From Camelus ferus (lineage: Eukaryota), in assembly GCF_009834535.1 (NCBI RefSeq), contig NC_045698.1, positions 3,102,001 to 3,166,000 on the forward strand: a stretch of 64,000 nucleotides of DNA, written 5' to 3'. Shown in pieces: positions 62,760 through 64,000 of this stretch. A program made the position numbers and the translations under genes. The notes below the pieces were generated by a model that was given only the letters and a program-made list of their open reading frames with translations, searched no databases and was not told the DNA's origin. Numbering within the stretch: position 1 is the first letter of the stretch; the number at the start of each line of letters is the position of its first letter.

Positions 62760-64000
62760 TAAATAATTTGGTAGAGTCTTTAAGTAACTAAAATTTTAAG
62801 AAATTAAATAAAGGAACAAAAATGAAAATAAAAATATATTAAAATAACAAAATATTATAATGTTTAGAAGTAAAAATACAATAAGCAAGATGCATAATCT
62901 GATAGATGAGCTAACAACTGATATTTTCTTTAAAGAAGAGAGAATTAATAAAGTGGAAGATAGAATGAAGGAAATTACCAGGATAGAGTAAAGAGATTGA
63001 AAGATGGAAAATTGAATGAGAAACTAGTAGAATAAGGGAGAATAATATGAAAAGGTGCAGCTCAGATAGGAAGTGGAGAAAACAGAGGATACAGGAAGGC
63101 AATACCCACAGAGCACTGGTGAAACGTCTGCAGAACTGAGCGTAGACAGTAAGCAAAATCTGTCACAGGGAGAGTGGATCAGATTAAATCCACTCCCAGA
63201 CACGACTCAGTGAGACAGCTGAATTCCATAAACAAGGGAGCCTAAAATCATCTAAATTAAAGAGAGTCTTTCTATACAGGAAGTAGACTTAGAATTATAA
63301 TCTTAAAGCAACTAAATCATCCAGAAAAATAAAACGAATAAACCCAACATATATAAATACATAGAAAAGAAAATAGAGAGGAAAAATTTTAAGTAAAAAA
63401 ATTAAAGAATTAATAAAACTCAATCCTGATTTTTTAAAAAAGTTAAATAAATGGCCTTTGCCAAAATGTATCAAGAAAATAGGAAAGATAAAAATAAAAC
63501 AATAATAAATCTAAAAGTTGTGACATATCAAATGATACAAGCACATGTAAAAATTATGAGGCACTTCAAACTCTTCTATGATGGCCAATTTGAAAGCTTA
63601 AATATGCAACTTCTGTAAAAATATAATTTATGAAAATTAAGTCAAAAAATGCCATAAAACCTGAATAAACTGGAAACTATTAAATGTATCAAACCATTAG
63701 TAAACTTCTCTCCACTTCCTCAAAATGAAAAAGATAGAGATAAGTTTTATAAATGAGTTTTACCAAAATATCAAGGAATGCATTATCTCTGTGTGAAATA
63801 CTCTTTCAGAGGACAAGATAAGGAGAGCTTCCTAACTCATTTACAAGGTTGATACAGCACAGAATATTCCGGGAAAATATCAAAGGAAAACTTCTAGAAC
63901 AATCTCACCTGTCGCCACAGACGCAAGAGCACTGAATGGAACAGCAGCAAGTCCCTCGATGCACAGAAATCATGCATCACTCCTAATTAGCGCTGCGAAC
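62760..64000 (+). mobile_element. Ancient L1 ORF1-ORF2 fragment, running off the window edge
   Basis: AAGAGAGAATTAATAAAGTGGAAGATAGA...GAAATTACC (ORF1-like); AATTTGAAAGCTTA, AATGAGTTTTACCAAAATATCAAGGAA, CTTCCTAACTCATTTAC, CAGACGCAA (ORF2-like). Confidence 0.75.

Overview
Mammalian genomic DNA, very likely camelid (camel/alpaca lineage). The lineage call rests on three tRNA-Ala-derived SINEs resembling Vic-1 and on young L1 3' ends. I find no intact protein-coding gene, rRNA, true tRNA or CRISPR; the ORF track looks like chance ORFs in repeats or GC-rich DNA. The window has three zones. (1) About 1-17 kb is AT-rich and dense in L1 and LTR elements. It holds a duplicated minus-strand micro-exon module (29-nt exon, 72-nt intron, 16-nt exon) that looks like a decayed remnant of a repeated-exon gene, possibly CCDC7-like. 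(2) About 17-60 kb is a GC/CpG-richer, gene-desert-like zone with MIR/L2/MLT relics, several candidate conserved enhancers, a ~16-unit minisatellite built around an ETS motif, and a CpG island with a minus-strand splice donor. (3) About 60-64 kb is AT-rich old L1 and Charlie1 DNA. Repeat family names come from recalled consensus sequences rather than a database search, and boundaries of old elements are approximate. I do not see convincing evidence of a novel biological system. The best leads are the exon-module remnant, the ETS minisatellite next to the CpG island, and the enhancer-like blocks.
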